A stretch of 64,000 nucleotides of DNA from Balanoglossus misakiensis (taxonomy: Eukaryota > Animalia > Hemichordata), in assembly GCA_040954595.2 (NCBI GenBank), contig CM082594.2, positions 2,436,247-2,500,246 on the forward strand. The letters run 5' to 3'. Within the stretch, counting starts at the first letter, position 1. Each line of letters starts with the position of its first letter. The notes beneath the pieces were generated by a model. The model searched no databases. It saw only the letters and a program-made list of their open reading frames with translations, and was not told the DNA's origin. Positions 12,901 to 26,169 of the stretch are shown here, piece after piece. The position numbers and the translations under genes are program-made.

Positions 12901-15900
12901 ACGCTAGACTTTGTAAAGCTGACATAAGTACATCGTCACTCAAAGCAACGGTATCTCTTATGAACTTGAGGTGCTCAAGGCGTCCTTCCTGAGAGAACTT
13001 GTCAAAATGTGGAAAGATGAACTTGGTATATACCTCTGCCTGAGATATGGATTTAATACCTAAGACATCAAATAGTTTCCATAAATCTCTTTGTTCCTTC
13101 AGGAAAATATGGTCACATGGGTCTATCCAAATATGTCTTTCCGTGGTTGGAATTCCCTCTTTGAGAACATGACTACTTCCGAATTGCTCGATACTAACAG
13201 GTGATCCAAATATTGTGAAATATAATGGAAGGCTTTTCAACTTCCTCACCCATTCACGGTCCAGCAAAGTGGCAAATGCATGTCCATGAATAAATTTAAG
13301 GAGTGAAATGCATTCGGTTTCGTCTAAGGACACTTTCCATTGACCAGTCTGCATGTGATGATGAAGAACGGAGATTATGTCAGTCCTTGAATCGATATGT
13401 GCTACATGTTTCTCCAGGAGCTTAATTGCATAATCCTGCCGAAGACTCGAGTAAGACTGTTTCTCTGCAACATGTTTCCCCGGCAGCTGAATTTCATCGG
13501 CTGGTTGAATACTTGAATCAGACTGTTCCTCTGCCAGAGCCATCTTATCATAATCTACCTCAGGACAGTTTAGTTTTTTCATCATAATTTCTGCCATCTT
13601 TGAATGTTGGTCTCTCTCGTGTGATCTCCGTCCAAATACCGTCTTTGACAAAGTCAATGGTAGCAGCTTTGATCCTACTGTAGGAATGATCGGCCACTTC
13701 TGAAAATGGTCTAGCTGGTCTTTCTTCGTAGATGTCTCAGAATGCAGGAAGCACCATAGCATCCTCAACCAGTCTTCGGAAGGCTGGTCACTCTTGCTCC
13801 GATCCCAGTGCACATAGTGCATTGTGCTCTGCCAGCACAATGGCATGACAAGATGTATGTTTGCAACCAAATCCTTCACTGTGAATGCCTTTAAAGCTTG
13901 TTCTTCACCACTCTTCATTCGCTCAGAAAGAGTGTCCACCAACTGATCAGCAATGAACTTGTGCTTTAGTTGCGGGAGAAGTGAAGCAAAGTGTGTCACA
14001 TACACTGGTTCGTCATCATCGTACACCCTTAACATGTTATCCACTGTTAAACATAGTGGCACCCCGTGAAGACTTTCTTCACTTTTGAGGCAAAACCTGA
14101 GGATCTTGTGAACGTGTCCACAGCTGCCAAGTGTTGACTTTGTGACATCACACGGAACTGTACCAATGGAACATTGCGTTGATGCGTTTCCTCTTAGAAA
14201 CTTCATCACATTTTCAGGTGTCATCTTCTTGACATGCTGTACACCTGATTCTATGAAGTCTTGCGAAACTTGAGCAGACAACATCGTAAGTGGAAATCCT
14301 ACCTCACATAATATGGATTGCAAAGAATGCTTGGGATATGAAGCTTGGCCTGTGGATTTGTTATCAAAATACACATCACTGAAAGAAAACCATTGAACGG
14401 TTTTCATGTTACTTTGAGTACTTTGCTTTATCACGGGGAAAAGTTTTTCCTGGTTGAAGGAAAGCAATATGTACATTTGCTTGGCTAGACCTTTCCATTC
14501 TTGGTGTATCTTCTCTAGCTGTGGGAAAACAGATGTGTAGATTTCCATTTGTTTGTCAACAACCCCCATCTTGGGCAAGGACTGTTTCAACTTCTCCAAG
14601 CAATCAATCAGGGATAATGCAATGACATCTAACTTCACAGACTTATTCCACCTGTCTCCAGGCCCTTCCCTCCAGAGATTCCTGCGGTCTGATCCAAGTG
14701 CAAAGTGGCCATTGATATTAAACGGAAGACCTGTATATATTGGTAGAGGCAGGAAGCAAAATGCCTGGAAATCGTTGACACTCTTATCCTGTTGGTTTGC
14801 ATTACATGTACTTGTAAGTAACATTGCAGCCCCTCCTCTGGGTAGAATGAACTTCACAAGGCCTTGGAATTCATTTCTTGAATAGCTGTCTTTAATCATT
14901 CGGGAGAATCCCAGTTTCTGTGCTATTAACCATTGCTGTTCATCTCTACTGTCGGTAACAACAGTCATGAAGTAGCTGCTTGTTGTGGGAGGTATCGTCC
15001 ATATTTTGTGTGGTTCAACTTTGATGACTTTGGCTTGACACGCAATGGCTTCAGAAATGTGCTTGCGTTGTTGTTCATCTTGGGTGTCCAGTTTTGTTGT
15101 TGCTGACATTATGCACTGAAGCGCACCAGTTGCACCAATTCGGGAGAGCTTTATGGTGCATATGTGATTCAGAAATAATAGGATGTGACGCATTTCACGT
15201 TTGAACGAATCAATGAGCTCATCCATTTCTAGTTCAGTGTACGCCATTGTAGAAATTTCTGATTTTGCCGTGGCCGTGCGGAGTGGGAACCGGAAGAGTG
15301 TTGCCCCTTTCAAGCGTAACATATCATATAGATATGGACTCACAACATCTGGAAAGTCAGCTTGTAGCTCTTGTACTTTAATTCGTCTGCCGGGCCTCTG
15401 TCTTGTCGCCCCTGGGACGTACATAACGTGTGGATCAAAGACAATGAGGTCACTGTCATTTGTAATAAAGGAGGGACAATCTGTCAAGTGGTAGACAGCA
15501 TTAAATCCTATACCATACTGACCGGTGGCCTCACAGATGTCACGTTTACCACCGATGCCAAGTTTCTGTATCCCCTTTATGTCTCCCTCTGTGAATGGCT
15601 TGTCATTATAAACACACAGTGCGGGACCTTGAAGTTGTTTCCAGTTATCATTGAAAACCGTTTGTGTCTTATGGGACCGCATATCATATATGAAATGAAT
15701 CTCAGAAGCCCCAGCATCGTCAGCATTCTGTATCAGCTCTTTAAAGACTTCTATGCCAGTAGGGAAGTCTCTTATAACGCCCTTGATTCTGTCTGTCAAC
15801 TTCTCTTCTTGCCCAAATTCTTCGCCAATGTTAAATCCCTCACCAGACGCATAGGTGTCCAGCTTCATGGATCGGACACACTTAACACCGAGTTTCTTTG

Positions 15901-18900
15901 CAAGAGACCAGTTGATACGCCTATGTACAAATGAATAATCTTCCCCATCAGAGGCAATCCAGTCCACGTCTTTGTAGGCTAGTTGATATGCAGGACACAA
16001 AATACCGGTTTCATCTGGTATTAAAATGTCTTTTGAAATTTCTTCTGCAATTTGTTTGTCTTGAAATTGGTCGAGCCAGGTGAAAACCATTTTAAGCTCT
16101 CTTCTGGCTAGTCGCTCTTGTTGTTTCTCATCAGCAAGCTTCTTGAGGGCTCTAACAAAATCTTGCAAATCAAAGGCTTCCCTCACTTTGCAGGCCAGAA
16201 GTAAATCTCTAAATTTCTCCAAATAATCAGGCATTCGGTACAAATATGGCGCACAGTTGTCGGTCCACTTTAAAGACAGTTGTCGTGGGTAGATGAAGGT
16301 ATCATCAACAAATAGGAATGGCTTCCGAAACTCACGAAGTGCCGTAAGCGCCTGATGATTGGCAACTTCCCTGTTTGATGTGTGAGATCTCCAGGATTGT
16401 TTGAAGATGGTTTCATCAAAGTACTGATATACTGAAGAACAAACATCCTCTACGGTTGGTATATCAGTCTTTTTGATTTGATAATCGATGATCTTGGAAA
16501 GATGTGTGAGGACATCCTGTATTTGTGGTTCTTTGTCTAAACCGAGAAGTCTGTTTACTTCCGTTGGAATTTTGTCTGCTGTGCCATCATTCAGGACTGG
16601 TTTGTGTGTACTGACAAGGTTTTTGTACCTTGGGCAATATGTTTCATCAGGAGAAAGCATATCACCAGGAGAAGGCATGTACCAAGGAAACCTCCAGTGT
16701 TTTGGTTTCTGAAGCAGTGGTAAAAATTTAACCTTGCGTAGACTCATCATAACATCTTTAGGACATTCTTTCTTCATTGCAGCTAGGTATTTAATCATAT
16801 GTTGACAGCGCTCCAATGCTTCATTCTTCTTACTGACATACAATGGCTGTATTGATCCGGCACGCTCAATTACTTCTTTCCAATCCAAGTGTCTTTTTGC
16901 CATCCCAAGCTCGCACAATTTCACTCGATACATATGCTTGCCCTTTCCATATACATCGTATGGAAACTTTCCATCTTCTTCACGAAACAAGTTTGCTACA
17001 ATCGGTGACAATCTATCAACGATATCTGACGGCCTCCGGAGCTTTGTACCATTTGGGGTTACTGGGATGCATGGTGTCTGCTGAAGTAAGCACTTCAAAT
17101 ATCGGTATGGTCTGGATTTCCATTTATCCTCTTTCAGAAGTTTAAGAACAAATCCGTCTCGGACTCTCCCTTCCAATTTCTCGATGTTTGGGAAAAGGTA
17201 TTGTTGATAAAACTCATCTTCGGTTATAATTAACTTCTTAAGTACGTCGGCATGGAGGTTTTTAAAGGTCACGAAAATTCCCTTTGGTACATCAACTGTT
17301 CTCAGGTAATCATTCGGAGCTTGGGCAAGCTGCATGTTAACAATTTGTCGAGCACTTGATGCAAGATCGTCGTTATCTTGTTTGTTATATTGTGTCATCC
17401 CTGGATCTATGACTTTCACTGAGGATAGTGGAAGGGATACATTATTGTCTATCAGAGGATCCTGTAGAAATATGCTTGGCATATCGTGGTTCACGCAATT
17501 ACCAATTAAATGGCTGTAAAACCCTTCGACGACTTCTTTGGGTGGTTTTGGTCCTAGTGTTGCATCAGGCCAGAGGGAGTACATCTGCTTAGGTTCATGA
17601 AGAATGTTACTCTTAAGCAACACATCTATCAGATTAATATATGCTTTGCTTATTACCTCCTTCTTGAGCAGCTCATTCCAGCGTACTTCAATTGATTTTT
17701 TGAGATCAGAATCTACATGTTGACGAATACCACGTCGATCTGCATTCACTGCAAAGCTACCATTAGTATGGACTGGTAAATTGTTCTGGATGTTTAAAGG
17801 AAGGTAACAGAACAATTCCCCTCTTGTTTGCTCAATATCGTACTTGCAGAAGTCCGTAAACTTCATCTTTATTGCAACACTTCCACAGGGCAAAAGGCCG
17901 TGCTCTTTGCCGTCCTCGGTCAAAGATAATTGTTTTGCTTCGCCATCTGAAATGGATGATGAAATAGCCCACAGCTGTTCATCGATCCCCTGTTGTTTGC
18001 TATCCACATCAAATGTGACACGGGTGGTTTTCACCATGCATGCTACAGGTGGCGGTGGTGTCGGTGGTAATAGATGCATTTTGGTAGCATCGGATGCTTT
18101 ATTAATATATGCTGTTCCAACTTTCAGAGTTTGTCTCGCTTCATCGAATTTGTCAAATCCATGTGTGGTGTTCTCTCCGCTTTCTTGAATTGTGATGTTG
18201 AGCAGCTCATCTGCCTCATTCATGTTGAGAGAATTTGGACCAAGTTGGTACACTCGTACTTGCTTTACATGTTGTGTGAAGAGTAGAAGTGAATGTGAGT
18301 ATTTCTTCAAACCTTGGACAAGTTCCTGCATTTTGTTTTCATCGTAAACGTTTTGCGATATTTCACTGTGTTTTGCTGACACTTTCGTTCTCAAAGGAAA
18401 TCTAAACAGGGTTGCATTGTAATTGGTATTCTTGTCAAGGTCACAACCAAATATGGTATTGTAGACATGGAATTGATCCTTGTACATCTGAAGGACCCTT
18501 GGATATTTCTCGAGGTCCAGTTTAATTCCAGGCTGAGTCTTGTCCTTGATTAGGTTTGGTATATGCGTTGTGTGAGGATCAAACATTACAAAGAAATTCC
18601 TAGTAATGAAACTTGAAACATCTGTCAGGTGGTACACGGAATTGAATCCTAACCCAAACTGGCCGACTTTGTTAGTATCTCCCATCTTGGTAGCTCCGGC
18701 CAGTTTGTTTATATTTGCAAGATCTTCATCTGTAAAGACCGCATTGTTGTATGCCCAAAGTGCCGGCCCTTGGCAAGCTTCCATCTCTGTTCCAAATAAG
18801 GATTTGTTGTAGCCAGTATTGGATCGCCAGTCTATTAAAAACTTCACTTCCTCGGCTCCAGCATCATCTGCATTCTGGATAAGCTCTTTGAAAATGCTTA

Positions 18901-21900
18901 CACCCTCAACGTAGTCTTTCAGTATGTTTTTCAGTCTTGTTGTGAGAGGCTCGTGGGGTCCAGTGGATTCAAATTCAAAGCCCAAAGGGTCGGGTTTGGC
19001 CAGTTTCTGACTTAATGGTTGGATTCCCAAAAGTTGGGCCGTTTTACTTGAAATCCTCTCATGTACCAGCTCAATACCTTCCTCTTGCATGATGACCTTG
19101 AGCCTGGCCTCTTCCATAAGTCTGCTGTTATCACAGTATGTACATTCGGCGCAACTTGCAAACTGAAGAATATCACCACTACTCTGGATTGGGACATACA
19201 TCTTCTTTCTGAGATCTTCATGGATTTCGGTTTCATCTCTGGTAATCCAGTCCAAAATATTGACACACAGCTGTAGGTCTCTTTGAATTTCATGATGGCG
19301 TTTTCTGGTTACAGCTGTCTCCTTAACAATGCTTAAAACCCAAACCATATCGCGATCGGTAAACTCCTTTCTGACTCCACATGCTGCGAAAAATTCGACC
19401 ATTTCCTGGACACATACAGGAATCTCGAAGAGATGTGGCTTCATATCAAAAGTAAAATTTGACTTCAAGGCCATTCTCTGTGGATCCGTGAAACCATATC
19501 CATTCCATATCCATGGAAACTTCAATCTAGACATAATGTCCACCACATGGCTGTGATCATCAGGAGTCCTCAATTGCGTTTCATGTAAATGTCCCAAGTG
19601 TGAATATAAGGCGCAGACAATATCCTCAACTTCTTTGTTGATTCTTGCAGGTTTACGTCCACGCTTAGACCAAGTGTCAACTACAACTTCCAACTGCTTT
19701 ACAAGCACTTCAATCGGTGGAATGTGGTCCCACTCAAATTGCCTCTTTAAGTCATCTGATACTTTAAGTTCAATGATTGGTGCTACTGCTCCAACAGAAT
19801 TTGCATATTCCTTAGAAAATATTTCAGATGGACTGTAGAGAGATATACCATTTCTGTACCAAGGTAGAAACGAAGGATAGCTTGATGGTTTCTTCTGTAA
19901 CCTTGAGATCCATTTCATGGTTCTCAACTTCTGTAGAAGTGTTTTGCCATTTACCATTTCTGACAGCCAAGCAGGCTTGGTGTCTATGCATTGTAGGAGA
20001 GCTTTTGCTCTTTGCATGTTTGGTAAACAATCAGTATTCTCAGTCTGACACCTGGCCGCAACAGTATACACATCGGATGGTGTTAAGTCAGTTTGATTCT
20101 TCAGACCCAGTTCTCGGAGAGCAGCTAACGTATTTGGTTGACAGTACAGTTGTACGGGAAAGACGTCTTCCCCTTGAAGTAGGTTCCTCAGTGTTTCATT
20201 TTGTGGCTCGAATGCTTCGTCTGGTCTAAGGCGGCGTGAGGCATCACCAGTATTCACAAAGGAAAGGAGCTTCAAAGCATCAGGAAGTGCAGGATTCTCT
20301 CTTTTTAGGGCAGACAAGCTATCTAGAACCCACGTCATTATTTCATCTACCTCTGTTGGCTGATAGAAACCAGTCTCAATTTCCGGCAGAACATACTTTG
20401 TGATGACGTCAGTAAGCTTAAGTGGGTGCATTCCAAGTAGGTGCATGAGGTTCTGGGAATCTGGATCATCTGTTTGCACCATGCACTGCTTCAGTCTTAA
20501 CCCCCTTGGCAGTTCTTTACCAAGGAATGGTACCAAAGGATTCACCATTGCCGAACTGGCACAGCTGGAACGTATTTCTTCAGCCAAGTCCCCACTCCCA
20601 GGAAATACATCATATATCGGCAATTCAGAAATGATTTTGTTTCTGTAAGGTGACATACTTGAAGAACTGAGTTGTGCAAGTATTTGACGCAGGCTCTGTT
20701 TCTCCAGTGTGGATGCTGATTTGACATTTTCATTCATTCCTCGACCGCACTTAGCCAGCACTTCTATCACTCCAGAGGGACTCATTTCATTTACATAACT
20801 TTTCAGCTTTGGATGTCTCAAGTACTGCGGGGAGTCTGATAATATGAACACACCAATTTTCTTTAGACATGAACATACATTATCCAGATCATCCGTAGAC
20901 TCTGTGGCGGAAAATGCAACAGGGGTTGTGTCTCGGAGTTTAAGCAGTTGCTTGATCTGACCACGGTCTTCTATTGGTATGATGGGCAAACCATGAAAGG
21001 CTTTGAGGTCACCATTGAAACTTTCCAGTAACCATGTCCATAGTACCTTTAGCCACTTCTCCGGTGGATGGCCGTTGATGCCAGGTGTCCAGTCCACAGC
21101 ACATTGGTCAGTGGTGAACCAGTCCTCTGGCAACACTCTTCGTAGGAAACTCACGACATCGTCATTTGTGATGAACCGGAGTTGGTAAGACTTTGTGGCG
21201 GCAACATCTCCAAGTTGATTTCCCAAACCACTAATTAGATCCGGGTGAATAAAGTGGAAGGCATCGCACTGTTTCGGCAGAATGGTACTTGGAATTTCTG
21301 TTGTTGGGAGCAAAACCGAAGCAGCGTTTGAGTCAGACGAAAATGCCGCATAGGATTCACTTGACAGGCGAAGAAGAGGTAGACCGCGTAGATCACCGAC
21401 ATTTCCATCACCAAGGCAATATTGCAGTATATGGGTCTTCGCTTCGTTTGTGCAACTGGTGACGCCATACTTCCGCACGCATTTACGCAGTAAAGCTGCA
21501 GAGATTCCCCGTTTATTCCTTTCCCTTTGTAGAATGAATCCCAGGACGTTATCAGGGAGTGACACAACCGGTTGCTCACAGCACGTCACTAGATAATCTA
21601 TCACAGATTGGGAAACAGTGCCCTTTTCGATTGACAGTACATCCCCTGAGTGCACGGCGTTATCTTCCTCTGATATGGTTGCATCATTTATGTCTAACAG
21701 TGCATTTCTTGCTGAAATCCAGCGTCCACCATCGGCATTGGTGTGCAACAGTTCTTCATCAGATATAATGTCAATGAATCGCTCAGAGAAATCTGCCCAG
21801 TGGGGTTTAACCTTGTCTAGTTTCGGCCAAGCTTTGTAAACATCAGTTGGTGGTAGTGATTGCTGAACTGCATATGTGAGTAGCAGTCCATAAGCCTTGG

Positions 21901-22734
21901 GTAACAAATCTTCTACAAGATGTTGATTCCATTCGGCATTCAGGTCATGTTTCTGGTCGACAGATGGCCATTTTAAGCTGCGGCGATTATCACTCAGCCC
22001 AAAGTAACCATGGATGTGAATAGGGAATCCCGTTTTGCTCTCTTCACAGGGTGGCAAAGGGAGAAAGCAGAACACCCTTCCCTCTATCATCTGCACCTCC
22101 CCATCCTGAAATGGCATGGCCAAGCCGATCCAAGGAATCAACTTCAGCTGATCTGCAAGGTAGGTCACTCTCTCAGTAGCATCTGTGAATACACTGTTTA
22201 AAACCAACCAGTGTTTGGTGGAAGTTTCTTCTCCGTTCTGTATCATCAACTTGTGCTTCGTGAGGTGTGGTTGGGGGTTGCTGTTACGACGTAATGCTTC
22301 AATGAAGTTTGATTTCCCAGAGCTGTCATCGACATCATTCTTGACTTCAAAGACGAGTTTTTCCTCACCATCTGATGTTAGTTCAAACAAACTGACGCTG
22401 GTGACGTGTTTAAGGAACAAGAGGATTACATCAGCATCTTCCTTAAATGATTCAAATAGTTCTCGTACTCTATCCAGGGTGAAAATTGTTGTTGACAGCT
22501 GTGGTGACGGTGTTTTACGAAGTGGGAAGCGAAATAGTGTTCCATCATAGTAACCCTGTGAAAACTGGTCGTCCCGAATGCCAAGAATGTTAGTGTAAGG
22601 GGAAAACTGATCTTCACACTTCTCCAGCAGCTCTTTCTTTAAAAGAAATGCGTCACCCGCTTTGTCAGGATGGAAATGAGTCTTGAAGGGATCAAAGAAA
22701 GCGATTCGGTCGGAACTCATTATTGATGGCATAT
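9932..22734 (-). CDS. SACS: sacsin-like protein, giant coding exon 4 (12,803 nt)
   Basis: ttgtag|AT ATG acceptor. Two further Hsp90-like SRR units ([47 protein letters not shown], LPxHxNG-type motifs), a J domain (LYLQWHPDKNQG) and a C-terminal HEPN (RWFRQARADL..CFKCQQAVEKALK..HPRYPD). Confidence 0.95.
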
Positions 22735-23205
22735 CTACAAACGGGATGAAGGAAAGCGAGGTTGTTAATCAACAAACGACACAAAATCTTGTTATTTACA
22801 CATGCATAACCTGCTATTATTTGATGCATTTATTCAAAGGCCACTCTCATGACCCCTACACGGCGACAATCCTTCTGCTATATGCATCCGTTGATATGCG
22901 GTTGTCAAAATTGACCATTTTGCGACACGAAAACGTGTAAAATGTTGCTAGAACAGGAGTAATGGTGGCTTACACTGTCACATGATCTCTTACCTCCACA
23001 GCGGACCCACTGGTGTATAATGATAACATTTATTTTAATAAGCAAAAAATATTGAAATAGAAAAATAACTGATAAAATAATAATAACTGATATAATAAAA
23101 TATTGAACATGAAATCTGATCCCCGAAGTCCAATGCAATTTGTTGTCCGTTTTTGGAGGACCTTGTACCAATCAAATGGCATCTCATTTACATGTATTAA
23201 CATAC

Positions 23206-23464
23206 CAGTCATGTGATACACTGACACGAATCCCAGACCAAACCTCCCGACTCTCATAGGGTCGTCTTTCTTCTCACTTTGCTGAACAAATTTGATGCTT
23301 TCCCAGTCTTTGGCAGTGAAGACGCCGTTATTGTAACAGTACAATGCTGCTCCTTGGTGCTCGCCAAGGGAAGGTTTCAGAAGTGTCTCCTTGCCATGAT
23401 CTCGAGGATCGAGGAGAAATTTCACCTCTGTGGCTTTGGCATCATCCGCATTCTGAATCAATTC
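23206..23464 (-). CDS. SACS: sacsin-like coding exon 3 (SRR1 ATPase-like core)
   Basis: cag|GAA TTG ATT CAG AAT GCG GAT GAT (ELIQNADDA)...GRFGLGFVSVYHMT G|gtatg. Phase joins exon 4 (G|AT = Asp). Confidence 0.9.
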
Positions 23465-23621
23465 CTGTTGCAGTACACGAAACAGTCAAAGTTGATCTTG
23501 TAGTATCCCCCAGATTATTTAGATCTAATTCAGATCAGGAAGTGTTGATATGTGGCGTGGTATAGTTTACATACGTTCACTATAATAATATGAGCTAATA
23601 ATTTACAGGTCAGACCCCTTC

Positions 23622-23753
23622 CCATTCTCCGTACAGAGATTGTAGCGTGGATAATTCTAACCTAGCTAGGGGTTCTGACTGGCAGCCACTAAAATTGGTG
23701 CGGCCAGTCAGACCCGCTAGCTAGGTTAGCTACACTCTCTGTACGGAGAATGG
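23622..23753. mobile_element. short hairpin MITE in a sacsin intron
   Basis: ccattctccgtacagaga..taacctagctag..tctgactggc / gccagtcaga..ctagctaggtta..tctctgtacggagaatgg. Confidence 0.7.
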
Positions 23754-23980
23754 CCCATTCCAAGGTTGACATCATTCCATGTCTATTGCATCTTCGAAAC
23801 CTTGATCATGAGCAAATTCAGCGCATCTTAATTGAAAGTTGGAGTGGCTATGAATTCAGTAAACAACAAAACAAAACTAAGTTTTTTTCCGCCAGCAAAT
23901 AATCAAATCTTCGAGTTCCAGTTGTGACTTCAGGCATCTCCAAACAACTCAAAGGAAAAATTAAATCGGGTAGGTTTTAC

Positions 23981-24069
23981 CTTTAATATCTGCCCTCCTT
24001 CTGGGTATTTGTCCAGAATATCTTTCAGAAGTTTGAGCAGAGGTGGTGTGAACAGCCCATGTCCTATCC
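23981..24069 (-). CDS. SACS: sacsin-like coding exon 2
   Basis: T-rich tract then acaacag|GG ATA GGA CAT...[23 protein letters not shown]|gtaaaa. This matches the conserved start of SRR1. Confidence 0.85.
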
Positions 24070-24490
24070 CTGTTGTACCAATGCCCATGCAGACAAAATA
24101 AATACAAATTGGGACGTTACACAATTTTGCAAACTATCGTCAGTTCGGTCTATGCACCATCTTTTCAACCTCTTCATATCTCCGAAAATAATAGTGCAAC
24201 CAGAGTGTCGCATCATCAAATGGTAGGAAAAATGTAAATATGCTGACGTGTAAGACGGTTGATAATAACTTAAGTGTGTAAATTAACAATTAAGGGTCTT
24301 CCAATGCGACCACTTCTTGCTTGTAGTTTATAGCGTGCGATATCTGCTGCAGTACGTGTACTGAGATCGTCGTAGACGGATCTTCAGCTTCCTTTGTATT
24401 CTGTGAGGCGGAACTAGTGTCTGTGTTCACTTCCAGCGGGTATGTACGCGCTGAAAACGTTCAGTAACAAAGACCCCTTATCGGAGATCC

Positions 24491-24587
24491 TCTTTGAGGA
24501 CGGCGAGCGTCTGGCTGCGAAGCGTCGAAGGCGCGTAAGAAAACTCCCGAGGACGTTTCGCAGTCAGACGCTCGCTGCCCCCAAAGA
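24491..24587. repeat. about 97-bp hairpin element
   Basis: tctttgaggacggcgagcgtctggctgcgaa / ttcgcagtcagacgctcgctgcccccaaaga. Confidence 0.7.
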
Positions 24588-24668
24588 TGATATCAGGTAC
24601 CCCTATAGATTTTAATATAGTGATACCTGAAATGAAATAAGTAGTTCTAGCAAGTTTAAAAAACACTG

Positions 24669-25215
24669 AGTGGTTGCACTCTGACTTCTAGGAATTTAAA
24701 ACGAAAGCACGCGCAACTGTACAAGATGGGCCAAGGCCGAGTCCAGACCATCAAATTCTACATCATACATAAATCTTTGTGGCAATAGGGCGTCAGTATA
24801 GTTGCCTGCAAACTTTGGATATCTCTGAAAACGCGAGCAGCGGAGCCCAAAGGTGACACTGAATCAAATGAATTGGGAATACGATATCATTCTATGGGTA
24901 TTAAGTCAGTGGTTGTGCTCTGACTTCGAAGAATTTAAAACGAAGGCACACGGAACTGTACAAGGTGGATCTAGAGCGACCATCTTTAGATGCCTATAAA
25001 GTTTGGATATCTCTGGATATCTCCGGGAATGTTAAATAAGGCTACAGGTATTCCGTCAGTGGGTGCATTCTGTCTTCGAAGAATTTAAAACGAAAGCACG
25101 CGCAACTGTACAAGGTGGATCAAAGTCTGGACCACCAAATTCCACATGTACATGATGTATATACATTTTTGTAGAAATAGGACATCGTAGATGCCTGCAA
25201 ACTTTGTGCATCCTT
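24669..25215. repeat. three degenerate tandem copies of a 150-240-bp unit in sacsin intron 1
   Basis: agtgg..tctgacttc..gaatttaaaacgaa(a/g)gcac..aactgtacaag..gg at about 24669, 24908 and 25058, each followed by tgcct..aaa.tttg. Confidence 0.75.
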
Positions 25216-25498
25216 GACAACGGGGCAGTGTGGTCCCAAATGTAAAACAATGTCAAATAAACTGGGGATTTCATTTCAGGCTATTCAGTGAATGGTTGTC
25301 CTCTCTCTCTCTTCTAAAAATTCTAAGCGGAAGCCTTTCTCATGAAATTATACGCCATAACCCAAGTAAAATAAAGTTAGATTTCATCAGGGTTCTGCCC
25401 ACGACCGGCACTGTCAGGCCGCAGAAATTTTCTTCTTCGGCGGAAATCAAACACATGGGAGGAGAGAGTCAACAAGATTCATAGAACTGCCAACCTAC

Positions 25499-25514
25499 CT
25501 TGGATATCTGCCAT
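25499..25514 (-). CDS. SACS: predicted sacsin first coding exon (MADIQ-G)
   Basis: CAAAA ATG GCA GAT ATC CAA G|gtaggt: good start context and a phase-1 donor matching the exon 2 acceptor. Summed CDS 16+89+259+12803 = 13167 nt = 4388 aa plus stop. Confidence 0.6.
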
Positions 25515-26169
25515 TTTTGTGGAGTTCAGATTATCTTTGCTCTTGCGGGGAACAATAAGCCTATTCGACAGCTACTAGTCTATACGTGTCTGTGTCTGCC
25601 AACAGCGCGTTTGTCATCGTGACAATCGATCGTAGGAGGCCTGAGCGACGACGGCTACTCGAGCTCTGACTTCAGTATGGCAGGATATGCTGCAGCTGCC
25701 TAGTGCTTGCGTGCACCGCGAGGTTGTCATTAGTCAACCAATCGCGTGCCACCATCCGTGTATCACATGATGCAATTTACATAATTTATATACATGTATA
25801 ACATTAGCAGCCTGTTGATCTTGTGTCAGGCACGGCATGTGCCGGTCATCGCGTATACATCACTTATTAAGTCATCAAGATAACAAAAGTGAATAATTGA
25901 CAGCTAAACAGCAGATGAAAATCGCGACTGTAAACAGTTCGAAATTAAGTATGACAAATTTATATACGTAGATATGATTTCATGTGTATGAAATCAATCG
26001 ATACTGTGCGACACATTGCTACGTTCATACTGGGTGAAACTAACAACGTTTACAGAGGCTATAGGCCTATTTGTGTTTTACCGAATTATACATGATATAG
26101 CCCTTCTCCTGAAATTCAAATGGATGAAACAGGTCAGGTATTCCCACACGTATAACGCCGCAGCATTTA

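Noticed and set aside
10291-22617. Many 60-190-aa ORFs overlapping sacsin
   Set aside because: Alternative-frame or antisense by-products of a long coding exon, with no motifs.
24669-25215. Repeat-spacer-like pattern considered as a CRISPR array
   Set aside because: Only three long degenerate units with homologous spacers, in an intron of a eukaryotic gene, with no cas genes.
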